A DNA stretch of 64,000 bases, taken from NCBI GenBank assembly GCA_046091195.1, contig JBJTBD010000021.1, positions 3,545 to 67,544 on the forward strand. Reading direction: 5' to 3'. Every line of letters starts with the position of its first letter. Positions within the stretch are counted from its first letter, which is position 1. The translations under genes were made by a program, and so were the position numbers. The stretch comes from Actinomycetota bacterium (GTDB lineage: Bacteria > Actinomycetota > Actinomycetes > S36-B12). Below are positions 37,829-47,425 of this stretch, piece after piece. The notes under the pieces were generated by a model. The model made no database searches, had not been told where the DNA came from, and was given only the letters and a program-made list of their open reading frames with translations.

Positions 37829-38601
37829 TCCGATGCTCGGAGGCGGCTGCGGGTGAACCTCTCCACGGCACGGCACCCGAACGTCGCTTCTGGTGGGCGA
37901 TCGACCACCCGGGACCATGGCCCGCCCAGCCCATCGTGGAATCTGTGCTCGGCGATCTCGCGTCGTGGGTGATGCCCCTCGCCGAGCGCGCAGACACGAC
38001 GGTGGTGTTGATTCGCCAGCGGGATCCCGGGGCACCCCGTCAGGTGTACCTGGCCGACACCCATGGCGGGGCACTGTTCGTAGGTCCGAGTGGACCATCG
38101 CTGCCACCGCTCGAAGCCTGCAGCGACACGCTCACGCTGGTATGCACCCATGGCCGGAGGGACCAGTGCTGTGCCGTGCTTGGTCGCCCACTCGTAGATG
38201 TGGTGGAAGGTGGGCGCGAGTCGAGTCACATTGGCGGTCACCGCTTTGCCCCGACAGTGCTCCTCCTGCCGTCGGGCATCGTGCTCGGCCGCTGCACCGC
38301 GCAGGAGTGGCCTCGCGTGGGGCTGCTCGATTCCGCAGCGCTGCCCTACTACCGCGGCCGCACCGCGCTGGACGCACCCGCGCAGGTTGTCGACGCGGAA
38401 GTCCGACGCATCTGGAGACTCGGGTTGACGGAATCGATCAGCGTGACACGGGACATGACCTCGGAGCACATGCGTTTCCACGCCAGTCACGATGGTGAGA
38501 ATCTCGTGGTCGATGTGGAGGCGACCGATGTGCCTTACATCCCCTCGTGCGGCAAGGCCGAGGACACGACGACGGTGTGGCGAGTTACTGGGCGAGGGTG
38601 A
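37825..38601 (+). CDS. sucrase/ferredoxin-like family protein
   Basis: GTG 37825 overlaps the parC-like stop (GTGA). Has the [10 protein letters not shown] thioredoxin-like Cys motif characteristic of this family. Confidence 0.7.
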   Translation: MIRCSEAAAGEPLHGTAPERRFWWAIDHPGPWPAQPIVESVLGDLASWVMPLAERADTTVVLIRQRDPGAPRQVYLADTHGGALFVGPSGPSLPPLEACSDTLTLVCTHGRRDQCCAVLGRPLVDVVEGGRESSHIGGHRFAPTVLLLPSGIVLGRCTAQEWPRVGLLDSAALPYYRGRTALDAPAQVVDAEVRRIWRLGLTESISVTRDMTSEHMRFHASHDGENLVVDVEATDVPYIPSCGKAEDTTTVWRVTGRG

Positions 38602-39913
38602 GAAGTTCACCTCGGTCGTGAATGGTCACGCGCTCTCGCCCCGAGCGCGCTCCGCGTACGCATTCCTCCTGTGCGATTCGACGCCAACCCTCCCGATCCA
38701 CGGTGGTGATGCCCAACGAGGAGAGGTGGGATGTCAGTCCCCCAGGATGTGTCGGTTCCGGGAGGCCGTCCAGATCCTCCAGGAGCGCCGCCACGGTGGC
38801 TGCAGCGTCCTTCTTGTTCGTTCCGATGATGCCGCTTGGCCCGCGCTTGATCCAGCCAGCGGTGTAGTGCCCCACCCGCGGCCGCTCGCCGTCGAGGACG
38901 CGGCCATCGGCGTTGGGTATGACCCCGCGGGAGGTGTCGAAGGGAAGCCCCGAGATCGGCTCGCCGCGGTACCCCACACTCCGCACGACGACGTCGGTGT
39001 CCAATTCCCATGTGTCGCTGGTGTCGTGGGCGCGCCCCTCGGCATCCACCTCGGTGCGTACGATCTCGAGCGACTCGACGGCCGTCGTGCCCCGGATCCG
39101 CTCGGGACGTGCATAGAAGTGAAAGGCCAGCGTCCGTGACGCCTCAGGCCACTCCCGGGCGGACCACTCCTCCAGCACCCCGACGTTGCGGGCCGACACC
39201 TTGTCGCCCGCCATCGCCGCGAGGCTGGCCTCGGTGCGAACGAGATCGCGCGCCTCGACGTGCACGCGAACCCCGGGAATCTCCCCCAACTCCTTGAGTT
39301 CCTTGGTTGTGAAGCTCGCATGGGCCGGCCCGCGCCGACCGAGGACGTGAACCCTCCGAATGGTGGAGGCCTCGAGAGCCGCCAGTACGTGGTCGGGCAT
39401 CTCGGTATGTCGCAAAGAGTCAACCGGGGAAATGAGGATCCGAGCGACATCGATCGCAACGTTTCCCACCCCAACCACGGTCGCGACGGTGGGCCCCACG
39501 AACAGGGTGTCGAAGCCTCTGTCTGCGTCGGGATGACCGGTGTACCAGTTCACGAAGGCAGTGGCGGAGAAGCTGCCTGCGAGACCCTCCCCCTCAATGC
39601 CAAGGCTGCGATCCGTGGGAGCTCCGTAGCACCAGATGACGGCGTCATAGAAGCGATGGAGGTCATCGACGGACACATCCCGGCCCACCTCGACGTTGCC
39701 GACGAATGTCACGCCGGGGACGTCGAGGATTCCGTCCAGTGTGTCGCGCACCGATCGAATGGACAGGTGGTCGGGAGCGACCCCATACCTGACCAAGCCA
39801 CACGGGACGGGAAGGCGATCGAGGATGTCGATCTCCACGCGACCCGACTTGCTCAGCGCCTCGGCTGCGTACATTCCCGCCGGGCCCGCACCGACGATCG
39901 CTACACGCCTCAT
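38585..39913 (-). CDS. fprA: FAD-dependent ferredoxin/adrenodoxin-NADP+ reductase (FprA-like)
   Basis: The N-terminal VAIVGAGPAGMYAAEAL dinucleotide motif, a second GxGxxA motif (VVGVGNVAIDVAR) and the length (442 aa) all fit FprA-type reductases. It overlaps the sucrase-ferredoxin 3' end by 17 nt in convergent orientation. Confidence 0.8.
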   Translation of the reverse strand: MRRVAIVGAGPAGMYAAEALSKSGRVEIDILDRLPVPCGLVRYGVAPDHLSIRSVRDTLDGILDVPGVTFVGNVEVGRDVSVDDLHRFYDAVIWCYGAPTDRSLGIEGEGLAGSFSATAFVNWYTGHPDADRGFDTLFVGPTVATVVGVGNVAIDVARILISPVDSLRHTEMPDHVLAALEASTIRRVHVLGRRGPAHASFTTKELKELGEIPGVRVHVEARDLVRTEASLAAMAGDKVSARNVGVLEEWSAREWPEASRTLAFHFYARPERIRGTTAVESLEIVRTEVDAEGRAHDTSDTWELDTDVVVRSVGYRGEPISGLPFDTSRGVIPNADGRVLDGERPRVGHYTAGWIKRGPSGIIGTNKKDAAATVAALLEDLDGLPEPTHPGGLTSHLSSLGITTVDREGWRRIAQEECVRGARSGRERVTIHDRGELLTLAQ

Positions 39914-39943
39914 GGGAACCTCCGCTCGAGCCGAGCCTAGGCC

Positions 39944-42016
39944 CTACGCGTCGATCCGGGTCCGATCCAGCCCTCGTGCACCATCGACGATGAAGTCCTT
40001 GCGGGGGGCGACCTCGTTGCCCATCAGGAGGTCGAAGATCGCTTCCGTCCCCTCCGCCTGATCCAGGGTGACCCGTCGAAGTGAGCGCAGTGACGGATCC
40101 ATCGTGGTCTCCTTGAGTTGCCTCGCATCCATCTCCCCGAGACCCTTGTACCGCTGGATGGGCTCTTTGACCTTGCGACCCTTGCGCTCCGCCTCGGCGA
40201 CGATGCCGCGCATCTCCTTATCACTGTAGGCGTACTGCACACCCGTCTCGTTCTTCCGGCCACCACTGAATTCGATGCGATACAGCGGTGGCACGGCGGC
40301 ATAGACCCGCCCTTCCTGTAACAAGGGTCGCATGTACCGGTGGATAAGGGTGAGCAGAAGGCACCTGATGTGCGCGCCATCGACGTCTGCGTCCGACATC
40401 AGGATGACTTTGCCGTATCGCGCCGCGTCAATATCAAACGAACGCCCTGACCCGGCACCGATGACTTGGATGATCGCGGCGCACTCCGAATTCTTGAGCA
40501 TGTCCGAGAGCGACGCCTTCTGGACATTGAGGATCTTCCCTCGAATGGGCAACAGGGCCTGGAATCGCGAGTCTCGCGCCGATTTGGCGGTACCCAGGGC
40601 ACTATCCCCCTCCACGATGAACAACTCGGTCTCGGGGACCTCATCCGAGCGACAATCCACCAATTTCGCGGGGAGCGCGGACGTCTCGAGAGCCGACTTC
40701 CGGCGCTGCGTGTCCCGATGGACGCGCGCTGCCACCCTGGCTCGCATGGCGTTTGCGACCTTGTCGAGTGCCGCACGTGCGGCCTGCTTGTCACCGCGCG
40801 GGGGTGCCGTGAACCATCGCGCGAGATCTCGACCCACCACGGTAGAAACGATCCGCGAGAGTGCCGGCGTTCCCAGCACCTCCTTGGTCTGCCCCTCGAA
40901 TTGAGGCTCCGGGAAACGCACCGCAACCACTGCCGTGAGCCCCTCGAGGACATCGTCTTTCGACACGGAGTCCTCACCGGATTTGAGCAACTTTGCCGCC
41001 TTGAGTTGATCGTTGAGCACCTTGACGATCGCCCTCTCAAACCCCGCCAGGTGCGTGCCACCCTTGGGTGTCTCGATGACGTTCACGAAAGACCGGATGC
41101 ACGTGTCGTAGCCGGTATCCCACTGCAGGGCAATGTCGACTGAGACTTCCCGCTCCACCTCGGTGCTGACCATGTGACCTTTCCCGTCCAGGACAGGCAC
41201 CGTCTCGGTGAAGTGGCCCGATCCGACAAGGTGGATCGGGCCTGTGACCGCCTCCTGTGCGCGGAGGTGCTCCACGTACTCGATGACGCCACCCTTGTGC
41301 CGAAAGGTCTCCGTCGTGGACGCACCCCCGCGTTCATCGACAAGGGTCACCTCCACACCCGGCACGAGGAAGGAGGTTTGGAGCGCACGGGTGGTCAACG
41401 CGGTCCAGTCAAAACGGGCGTCGGATGTGAAGACCTGCGGGTCAGGCCAAAAGCGGATCCGCGTGCCGGTCCTCGTGCGCGTGACTTTCCCGACGATGCT
41501 CATACCGGACTTGCGGGTAAAGCTCGACTCAGGGCCATCAGATTCGAAGACACCGGCCACGCCGCGACGGAAGCTGATTCCGTGGGTCTTCGCTGACCGA
41601 TCGACCTCAACATCCAATCGTGTGGAGAGGGCGTTCACAACAGAGGCCCCCACCCCGTGAAGACCCCCGGACGCTGCGTAGGAACCCCCACCGAACTTCC
41701 CACCGGCGTGCAGTTTCGTCATGACAACCTCGACACCCGACAACTTGGTCTTGGGTTCGACGTCCACCGGGATCCCACGCCCGTTGTCCGACACGAGCAC
41801 GGAGCCATCGGCCTTCAGGGTCACCTCGATTCGACTGCAGTGTCCCGCCAGGGCTTCATCGACCGCATTGTCGAAGATCTCCCAGAGGCAATGCATCAGT
41901 CCCCGCGTGTCATTGGATCCGATGTACATCCCCGGGCGTTTGCGAACCGCCTCCAGTCCCTCGAGGACTGCGAGGTCCTTCGCCGAATACGAATCTGATC
42001 CCGCGCGTGCCACCAC
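39944..42016 (-). CDS. parE: type IIA DNA topoisomerase subunit B (topoisomerase IV ParE-like)
   Basis: 690 aa with GHKL ATPase motifs (LEGLEAVRKRPGMYIGS, VSDNGRGIP, GGLHGVG). The Toprim region has EGDSA and DADVDGAHI. Confidence 0.9.
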   Translation of the reverse strand: MVARAGSDSYSAKDLAVLEGLEAVRKRPGMYIGSNDTRGLMHCLWEIFDNAVDEALAGHCSRIEVTLKADGSVLVSDNGRGIPVDVEPKTKLSGVEVVMTKLHAGGKFGGGSYAASGGLHGVGASVVNALSTRLDVEVDRSAKTHGISFRRGVAGVFESDGPESSFTRKSGMSIVGKVTRTRTGTRIRFWPDPQVFTSDARFDWTALTTRALQTSFLVPGVEVTLVDERGGASTTETFRHKGGVIEYVEHLRAQEAVTGPIHLVGSGHFTETVPVLDGKGHMVSTEVEREVSVDIALQWDTGYDTCIRSFVNVIETPKGGTHLAGFERAIVKVLNDQLKAAKLLKSGEDSVSKDDVLEGLTAVVAVRFPEPQFEGQTKEVLGTPALSRIVSTVVGRDLARWFTAPPRGDKQAARAALDKVANAMRARVAARVHRDTQRRKSALETSALPAKLVDCRSDEVPETELFIVEGDSALGTAKSARDSRFQALLPIRGKILNVQKASLSDMLKNSECAAIIQVIGAGSGRSFDIDAARYGKVILMSDADVDGAHIRCLLLTLIHRYMRPLLQEGRVYAAVPPLYRIEFSGGRKNETGVQYAYSDKEMRGIVAEAERKGRKVKEPIQRYKGLGEMDARQLKETTMDPSLRSLRRVTLDQAEGTEAIFDLLMGNEVAPRKDFIVDGARGLDRTRIDA

Positions 42017-42165
42017 TCCAACCTAGGCCGACTCACCGGACTTCCCCCCGAACCCGGCCGCAAGTGCACTTGTGCGTCTTCGGCCCACGGCGAAACGCAC
42101 CGGCGTGGCGCGCCCACGAGGTGCCGGTCGTGTAAGACTGTTGGAGGCCAGGGAGGGATGTCCGA

Positions 42166-42372
42166 ATGGGGACCATGACCGCGCCCGTGCTGGGCGCCAC
42201 GGATAGATGCGATCGATGCAATGCGCAGGCCTACGTGCGCGTGGTGCTCCCGGGCGGCGCGGACCTACTCTTCTGCGGGCACCACTGGGGCCACCATGAA
42301 TCCGCGCTACGCCCGAAGGCCGAGGAGATCATCGACGAGCTCCACCGCCTCGCCGAGGCCCGCGAGGACTAG
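42166..42372 (+). CDS. small zinc-ribbon-like protein (DUF7455-like)
   Basis: Sequence [28 protein letters not shown] has a CxxC...CxHH pattern. It is convergent with sigA, as in many actinobacteria (from memory). ATG 42175 is an alternative start. Confidence 0.55.
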   Translation: MGTMTAPVLGATDRCDRCNAQAYVRVVLPGGADLLFCGHHWGHHESALRPKAEEIIDELHRLAEARED

Positions 42373-43859
42373 TCCAGATAGTCCCGCAGCACCTGCGAGC
42401 GTGATGGGTGGCGGAGTTTCGACATCGTCTTGCTTTCGATCTGTCGGATGCGCTCACGAGTGACCCCGTACACCTTGCCGATCTCGTCCAGAGTCTTCGG
42501 CTGACCGTCCGTCAGCCCGAAGCGCATCCGGACCACGCCTGCCTCGCGGTCGGACAGGGTGTCCAGAACAGACTCAAGCTGCTCCTGCAGCAGCGTGAAT
42601 GAGACCGCATCGGAGGGGACGATCGCCTCGGAGTCTTCGATCAGATCACCGAACTCGCTATCGCCTTCCTCGCCCAAGGGGGTGTGGAGAGAGATCGGCT
42701 CACGACCGTACTTCTGGACCTCGACTACCTTCTCCGGGGTCATGTCGAGTTCTCGCGCAAGCTCTTCAGGTGTGGGTTCGCGTCCAAGGTCCTGGAGCAT
42801 TTGACGCTGCACGCGTGCGAGCTTGTTGATCACTTCCACCATGTGCACGGGGATACGGATGGTCCGCGCCTGATCCGCCATCGCGCGCGTGATGGCCTGC
42901 CGGATCCACCAGGTTGCATACGTCGAGGACTTGTAGCCCTTTGTGTAGTCGAACTTCTCCACTGCACGGATGAGGCCGAGGTTTCCTTCTTGAATAAGGT
43001 CAAGGAAGAGCATCCCTCGACCCGTATAGCGCTTCGCGAGTGAGACGACGAGTCGGAGGTTTGCTTCGAGTAGGTGATTCTTCGCCCGGCGACCATCGGT
43101 GGCGATCCACTCAAGATCCCGACGAGATTTCTTGTCAAGCTTCTTTGTCTCGTTCAGAACCTCCTCGGCGAAAAGTCCCGCCTCGATGCGCTTCGCGAGC
43201 TCTACTTCCTGCTCTGCATTGAGCAGCGGCACCTTCCCGATCTGCTTGAGGTAATCCTTCACCGGATCGGCGGTGGCTCCCGCCACGGTCACGGTCTGGA
43301 CGGGTTCGTCGGTGTCGTCCACGTCCGAGATCACGAACTCCGCAGACTCCTCGGTCGGTGGTGCGACGACCTGCTCCTCATCGTCGTCATCGACCTTCGC
43401 GAGGTCGACCTCGAGCTCAGCCTCAAGCTCCGCTTCCAGGTCAGCAGCCTTCTCCAGGTCGACCTCCTCGTCCTCGAGGTCGATGGCCTCCTCATCGATC
43501 TCGCCGACGGTTCCGGATGCCTTCTTGGCGGCTTTCCCCGGACGCGCGACCTCCTTTGGTGCACCGGACTTTGCAGGCGGTTGTACCTTCACGGCCGCCT
43601 TGGCCGCCGCCTTCGGAGATGATTTCGAGGCGGCTTGTGCAGCGGAGCGGGGCGCGGGCTTCTTGGTGGCCGACTTCTTGGCAGCTGGCTTCGAGTGTTT
43701 CGTGGGCACGGCCTTCACGGCCTTCTTCGGGGTTGACTTCTTGGCTGCGGGCTTACCGGTCACCTTCTTCGGGGCTGGCTTCGTGGCCGCACGCTTGGGG
43801 GCCGCACCCTTCTTCGCGGTGGGCTTCTTCCTGCCCACGGGTGTGGCGGCACGAGGCAT
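42369..43859 (-). CDS. sigA: principal RNA polymerase sigma factor (RpoD/SigA/HrdB type)
   Basis: Regions 1.2 to 4 are unmistakable: [82 protein letters not shown] and the C-terminal [29 protein letters not shown]. The start was trimmed to ATG 43859 (GGAGCG SD). ATG 43871 is an alternative. The N-terminal tail is Lys/Ala/Pro-rich. Confidence 0.95.
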   Translation of the reverse strand: MPRAATPVGRKKPTAKKGAAPKRAATKPAPKKVTGKPAAKKSTPKKAVKAVPTKHSKPAAKKSATKKPAPRSAAQAASKSSPKAAAKAAVKVQPPAKSGAPKEVARPGKAAKKASGTVGEIDEEAIDLEDEEVDLEKAADLEAELEAELEVDLAKVDDDDEEQVVAPPTEESAEFVISDVDDTDEPVQTVTVAGATADPVKDYLKQIGKVPLLNAEQEVELAKRIEAGLFAEEVLNETKKLDKKSRRDLEWIATDGRRAKNHLLEANLRLVVSLAKRYTGRGMLFLDLIQEGNLGLIRAVEKFDYTKGYKSSTYATWWIRQAITRAMADQARTIRIPVHMVEVINKLARVQRQMLQDLGREPTPEELARELDMTPEKVVEVQKYGREPISLHTPLGEEGDSEFGDLIEDSEAIVPSDAVSFTLLQEQLESVLDTLSDREAGVVRMRFGLTDGQPKTLDEIGKVYGVTRERIRQIESKTMSKLRHPSRSQVLRDYLD

Positions 43860-43936
43860 GCGGCGCTCCATTCTGATGTGGACGACGTAAGCCCGTGTCA
43901 AGCCATCTGGCCTGCCGGGCGCGCCCAGTCTGCCAC

Positions 43937-44752
43937 CTAGGGTCGACGCGCCTCGGGGCGGGTCAGGACGGCTCGTGCCTGTCCGATCACGATGGGAAGG
44001 TCGGTCACCTGTCGGATGGCGGGCAACGGGAAAGGTCCGAGTCCATCGGCGGTATAGGAGCCACGCCACTCGGTGGTGACCCTGATGACTCGTGCCCCCG
44101 GGGTGCGGTAGGTGTGCGACACAGACATGTCCGGATACGTGCCGCCAGGCACGTTGGTCACGAGGCGTACGCCTGCATCGAAGTCCCACGTCCATGCCGG
44201 AGAGGTCTGGATTCGGACATCAAGTCCGAGGAGCGAGTCGTTCCAGACAGGGGTCGCTCCCCCTTGACCACTCGTGCACACCAGGGGCAACTGCGTCACG
44301 GCGCCAGCCCCGGGCTCGCAGGAGGGATCCTGTCCCGGCACCCGACGCTCGAAGCGATCACGCACGTCTGTGCCCACTCTCGCGACGGGCACGATGTCCG
44401 ATTCCAGGAGACACACCAGGCCACGGTCCTCCCAGTCCTGACCCCGCTGGGTGAACCACAGCCTCAGCAATTCCCGACCCGCGGGGCATCCGCGCACCAC
44501 GCTCGTACAACCATTCCCACCCGATTCGACCCGACAGGGTGCCGCAAAGCGCCAGGCACAGTCGTCGCATTCACTCAACTGCCGGCGGCTCGTGTCATCC
44601 ACGGCCCCAGGCGTCACGATGGCGTAGGTGCCGACGTAGCGGTCCTCCTCCACGACGACGTCGACCGCAGCCACAGGAGTCGGAACGACCCCGAACCCAA
44701 GGAGACCGCCCGCCAGTGCACCCGCGAGGACGCGTGCGGGCCAGGTGGACAC
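43937..44752 (-). CDS. secreted hypothetical protein (signal peptide, multiple Cys, Ig/PKD-like C-terminal segment)
   Basis: The N-terminus [30 protein letters not shown] looks like a signal peptide. The mature part has about 9 Cys, and the C-terminal [24 protein letters not shown] resembles a PKD/Ig strand pattern. The opposite-strand ORF 43895..44989 has shadow-ORF composition. Confidence 0.55.
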   Translation of the reverse strand: MSTWPARVLAGALAGGLLGFGVVPTPVAAVDVVVEEDRYVGTYAIVTPGAVDDTSRRQLSECDDCAWRFAAPCRVESGGNGCTSVVRGCPAGRELLRLWFTQRGQDWEDRGLVCLLESDIVPVARVGTDVRDRFERRVPGQDPSCEPGAGAVTQLPLVCTSGQGGATPVWNDSLLGLDVRIQTSPAWTWDFDAGVRLVTNVPGGTYPDMSVSHTYRTPGARVIRVTTEWRGSYTADGLGPFPLPAIRQVTDLPIVIGQARAVLTRPEARRP

Positions 44753-44755
44753 CCA

Positions 44756-44786
44756 CCCACGGTACGTCGATCACTCGGACCGTGGG
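44756..44786 (-). terminator. hairpin downstream of metX (possible terminator, no U-tract)
   Basis: Perfect 8-bp inverted repeat CCCACGGT (44756-44763) / ACCGTGGG (44779-44786) with a 15-nt loop. It lies 27 nt after the metX stop. Confidence 0.3.
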
Positions 44787-44812
44787 AGGGCCGGAATCCG
44801 ACTGTGGATAAC

Positions 44813-45988
44813 TCAGGCGGGCAGGCTCTCGGACTCGTCAATGCGAGAGATGGCGTGAGCGACGAAGTCACCCACCTGCTCCTTCTCGACCAGGAACCCG
44901 TCGTGTCCGTAGGGCGAGCGCAGGATGTGCAGCCGGTCAGCGCCCGGTGTCCATTGAACAATCTCCTCCTGCAGACGAAGGGGGAATAGTCGATCGCTGT
45001 CGATGCCGACGACCGTCAACGGATGCTGGATCTGCGCGAGAGCGCTGGCCACTCCCCCTCTGCCATCTCCCACGTCGAACAGGCTCATCGCCCGTGTCAG
45101 CGCGATATAGGTGTTGGCATCGAATCGCCGAGCAAGTTTGTCGGCGTGGTGGTCGAGGTACGACTGCACCGCATAACGACCGCCGGCAGCCGGATTTTCC
45201 GTTCCTTGAGCGTCCCGTCCGAAGCGAACATCGAGTTCCGTCTCGCTCCGATACGTGAGGTGCGCGATCATTCGCGCGACACCCATGCCTCGGTGGGGGC
45301 CTTCACCGTCGCCTGCTGCGTAGTAGTCGCCTCCGCGGAACGCCGGATCGGCCTCGATGGCTGAGATCTGTGCATGGTGAGTACCGATCTCGTCTGCGGT
45401 CACGGCCGCGGTGGATCCCAGGACCAGGCCACTGCGCACGCGACCCGGAGTGGCCACCATCCATTCGAGGACGCGCATCCCACCGAGGGAGGGTCCGAGC
45501 ATCAAGGCCCACGACTCGATCCCCAGATGATCTGCCAGGCGACGCTCCACCTCCACCATGTCGGCGACAGTGATCACAGGGAACCGGCTTCCCCACGGTG
45601 CGCCATCGGGGGCGATGCTTGCGGGACCCGTGGTGCCCATGCACCCGCCCAACACGTTCGCGCAGACCACGAACCAGCGATCGGTGTCGACCGGAGCACC
45701 GGGTCCGACGAGACCCTCCCACCACCCGCCCGTGGGATGGCCGGGACCGGGCTCCCCGACCACGTGCGAATCACCGGTCAGCGCATGTGCGACGTAGACG
45801 GCGTTCGAACGCTCCGAGTTGAGTGTGCCCCAGGTCTGGTACGCCACCCGGACGTCCGGGATCGTGCGTCCCGAGTTCGACGCAAGGTCCCCCACACCGA
45901 GGAACAGTCGATCGCCGGGAGGGTCTCCCTCCTGCCACGCGGCGGTGGCGGGAGGGAGACCGTCGTAGCTCAATGGTCCCGTGACCAT
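44813..45988 (-). CDS. metX: homoserine O-acetyltransferase
   Basis: 391 aa with VAYQTWGTLN..NAVYVAHALTGDSH, VVCANVLGGCMGTTGP and the alpha/beta-hydrolase nucleophile context LGPSLGGM. The start lies 1 nt after the metY stop. Confidence 0.9.
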   Translation of the reverse strand: MVTGPLSYDGLPPATAAWQEGDPPGDRLFLGVGDLASNSGRTIPDVRVAYQTWGTLNSERSNAVYVAHALTGDSHVVGEPGPGHPTGGWWEGLVGPGAPVDTDRWFVVCANVLGGCMGTTGPASIAPDGAPWGSRFPVITVADMVEVERRLADHLGIESWALMLGPSLGGMRVLEWMVATPGRVRSGLVLGSTAAVTADEIGTHHAQISAIEADPAFRGGDYYAAGDGEGPHRGMGVARMIAHLTYRSETELDVRFGRDAQGTENPAAGGRYAVQSYLDHHADKLARRFDANTYIALTRAMSLFDVGDGRGGVASALAQIQHPLTVVGIDSDRLFPLRLQEEIVQWTPGADRLHILRSPYGHDGFLVEKEQVGDFVAHAISRIDESESLPA

Positions 45989-45989
45989 G

Positions 45990-47306
45990 TCAGGCCGACT
46001 TCGCCGCCCGGAATCCCGCGTCGAGGTCAGCGAGGATGTCGTCGAGCCCTTCGATACCCACGGCGAGGCGCACCAGGCCGGGCGTCACGCCCGCGGCGAG
46101 CTGCTCCTCGGGCGTGAGCTGCGAGTGGGTCGTCGACGCCGGGTGGATCACCAGACTGCGGACATCTCCGATGTTCGCCACGTGGCTATGCAGCTCCAGT
46201 GCCTCCACGAACTTCGTGCCGGATTCCACACCGCCCTTGATTTCGAAGGCGAGGACTCCACCGGTCCCGAGCGGCGCATACTTCTTGCCGAGCTGGTACC
46301 ACGGGCTGCTCGGCAAACCTGCGTAGTTCACGGAGAGCACCTCGTCTCGACCCTCGAGCCACGTCGCGACGGCGAGTGCGTTCTCCACATGACGCTGCAC
46401 CCGCAGGGACAGGGTCTCGATCCCCTGCGCGATCAAGAACGCATTGAACGGTGCGACTGCAGCACCGAGATCGCGCAGCAGTTGCACCCGAGCCTTCAGA
46501 ATGAAGGAGAGGTTGACCCCGAAAACCCCATTGACACCGAGATCGCGCGCGTAGACCAAACCGTGGTAGCTCGGATCAGGTTGGTTGTAATTCGGGAAGC
46601 GCTCTGGGTACTGCCCGTAATCGAAGGTTCCTCCATCGACGATGACGCCGGCGATCGCCGTGCCGTGGCCCCCGAGATACTTGGTGGCCGAGTGAACGAC
46701 GACGTCCGCACCCCACTCCAGAGGACGAATCAAATACGGCGTCGCCACCGTGTTGTCCACGATCAACGGCACACCGACCTCATGCGCCACCCCGGCAACT
46801 CCCTCAATATCAAGGATGTCATTCTTCGGATTCGCGATCGTCTCGCCGAAGAACGCTTTGGTGTTGGGTCGCACGGCACGGCGCCAGGAATCCAGGTCGT
46901 CGGGGTTGTCAACGAACGTCACCTCGATCCCGAGCTTCGGCAGCGTGTAATGGAAGAGGTTGTACGTCCCCCCGTACAGGCTGGGGCTTGAGACGATGTG
47001 GTCTCCCGCCTCGGCCACGTTCAGGATCGCCAGAGTTTCGGCAGCCTGACCGCTGGCCACAAGAAGCGCGCCCACGCCCCCCTCGAGGGCCGCAATCCGC
47101 TCCTCGACGACCGCCTGCGTCGGGTTCATGATGCGCGTATAGATGTTGCCGAGCTCCTTCAACGCGAAGAGATTCGCTGCGTGCGTCGTATCATTGAAGG
47201 TGTACGACGTGGTCTGATAGATCGGCAGCGCGCGCGCATTGGTGGTGCCGTCGGGGGACTGCCCCGCGTGGATCTGCTTGGTGTCGAAAGACCAACCGTT
47301 ACTCAT
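45990..47306 (-). CDS. metY: O-acetylhomoserine aminocarboxypropyltransferase / sulfhydrylase
   Basis: MSNGWSFDTKQIHAGQ...PIYQTTSYTF, with the PLP-lysine context VVHSATKYLGGHG. The start was trimmed to ATG 47306 (AGGAG SD 5 nt upstream). The track ORF extends through the riboswitch. Confidence 0.9.
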   Translation of the reverse strand: MSNGWSFDTKQIHAGQSPDGTTNARALPIYQTTSYTFNDTTHAANLFALKELGNIYTRIMNPTQAVVEERIAALEGGVGALLVASGQAAETLAILNVAEAGDHIVSSPSLYGGTYNLFHYTLPKLGIEVTFVDNPDDLDSWRRAVRPNTKAFFGETIANPKNDILDIEGVAGVAHEVGVPLIVDNTVATPYLIRPLEWGADVVVHSATKYLGGHGTAIAGVIVDGGTFDYGQYPERFPNYNQPDPSYHGLVYARDLGVNGVFGVNLSFILKARVQLLRDLGAAVAPFNAFLIAQGIETLSLRVQRHVENALAVATWLEGRDEVLSVNYAGLPSSPWYQLGKKYAPLGTGGVLAFEIKGGVESGTKFVEALELHSHVANIGDVRSLVIHPASTTHSQLTPEEQLAAGVTPGLVRLAVGIEGLDDILADLDAGFRAAKSA

Positions 47307-47425
47307 GATGACTCCTAAAAAGTGTGTGTACGTGGATGGCAAAGACTCAGACTGCTGGGGACGGTGACTAGCTACATCGATCGCACATGAAGACCTCGCA
47401 ACCTCCGGGGCCTTGCCCTGTGCAA

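Noticed and set aside
42369-44195. N-terminally extended versions of track ORFs: sigA to 44195, M20 to 6883, nrdJ to 55887, dut to 27053, metY to 47459, RumA-like to 21660, hflX to 61769, flippase-like to 50200, trkA from 23164
   Set aside because: The extensions run through a tRNA, a riboswitch or neighbouring genes and have Arg/Pro-rich junk composition. Internal starts have SD sequences or start/stop overlaps with the upstream gene, and they reproduce the family-typical N-termini.
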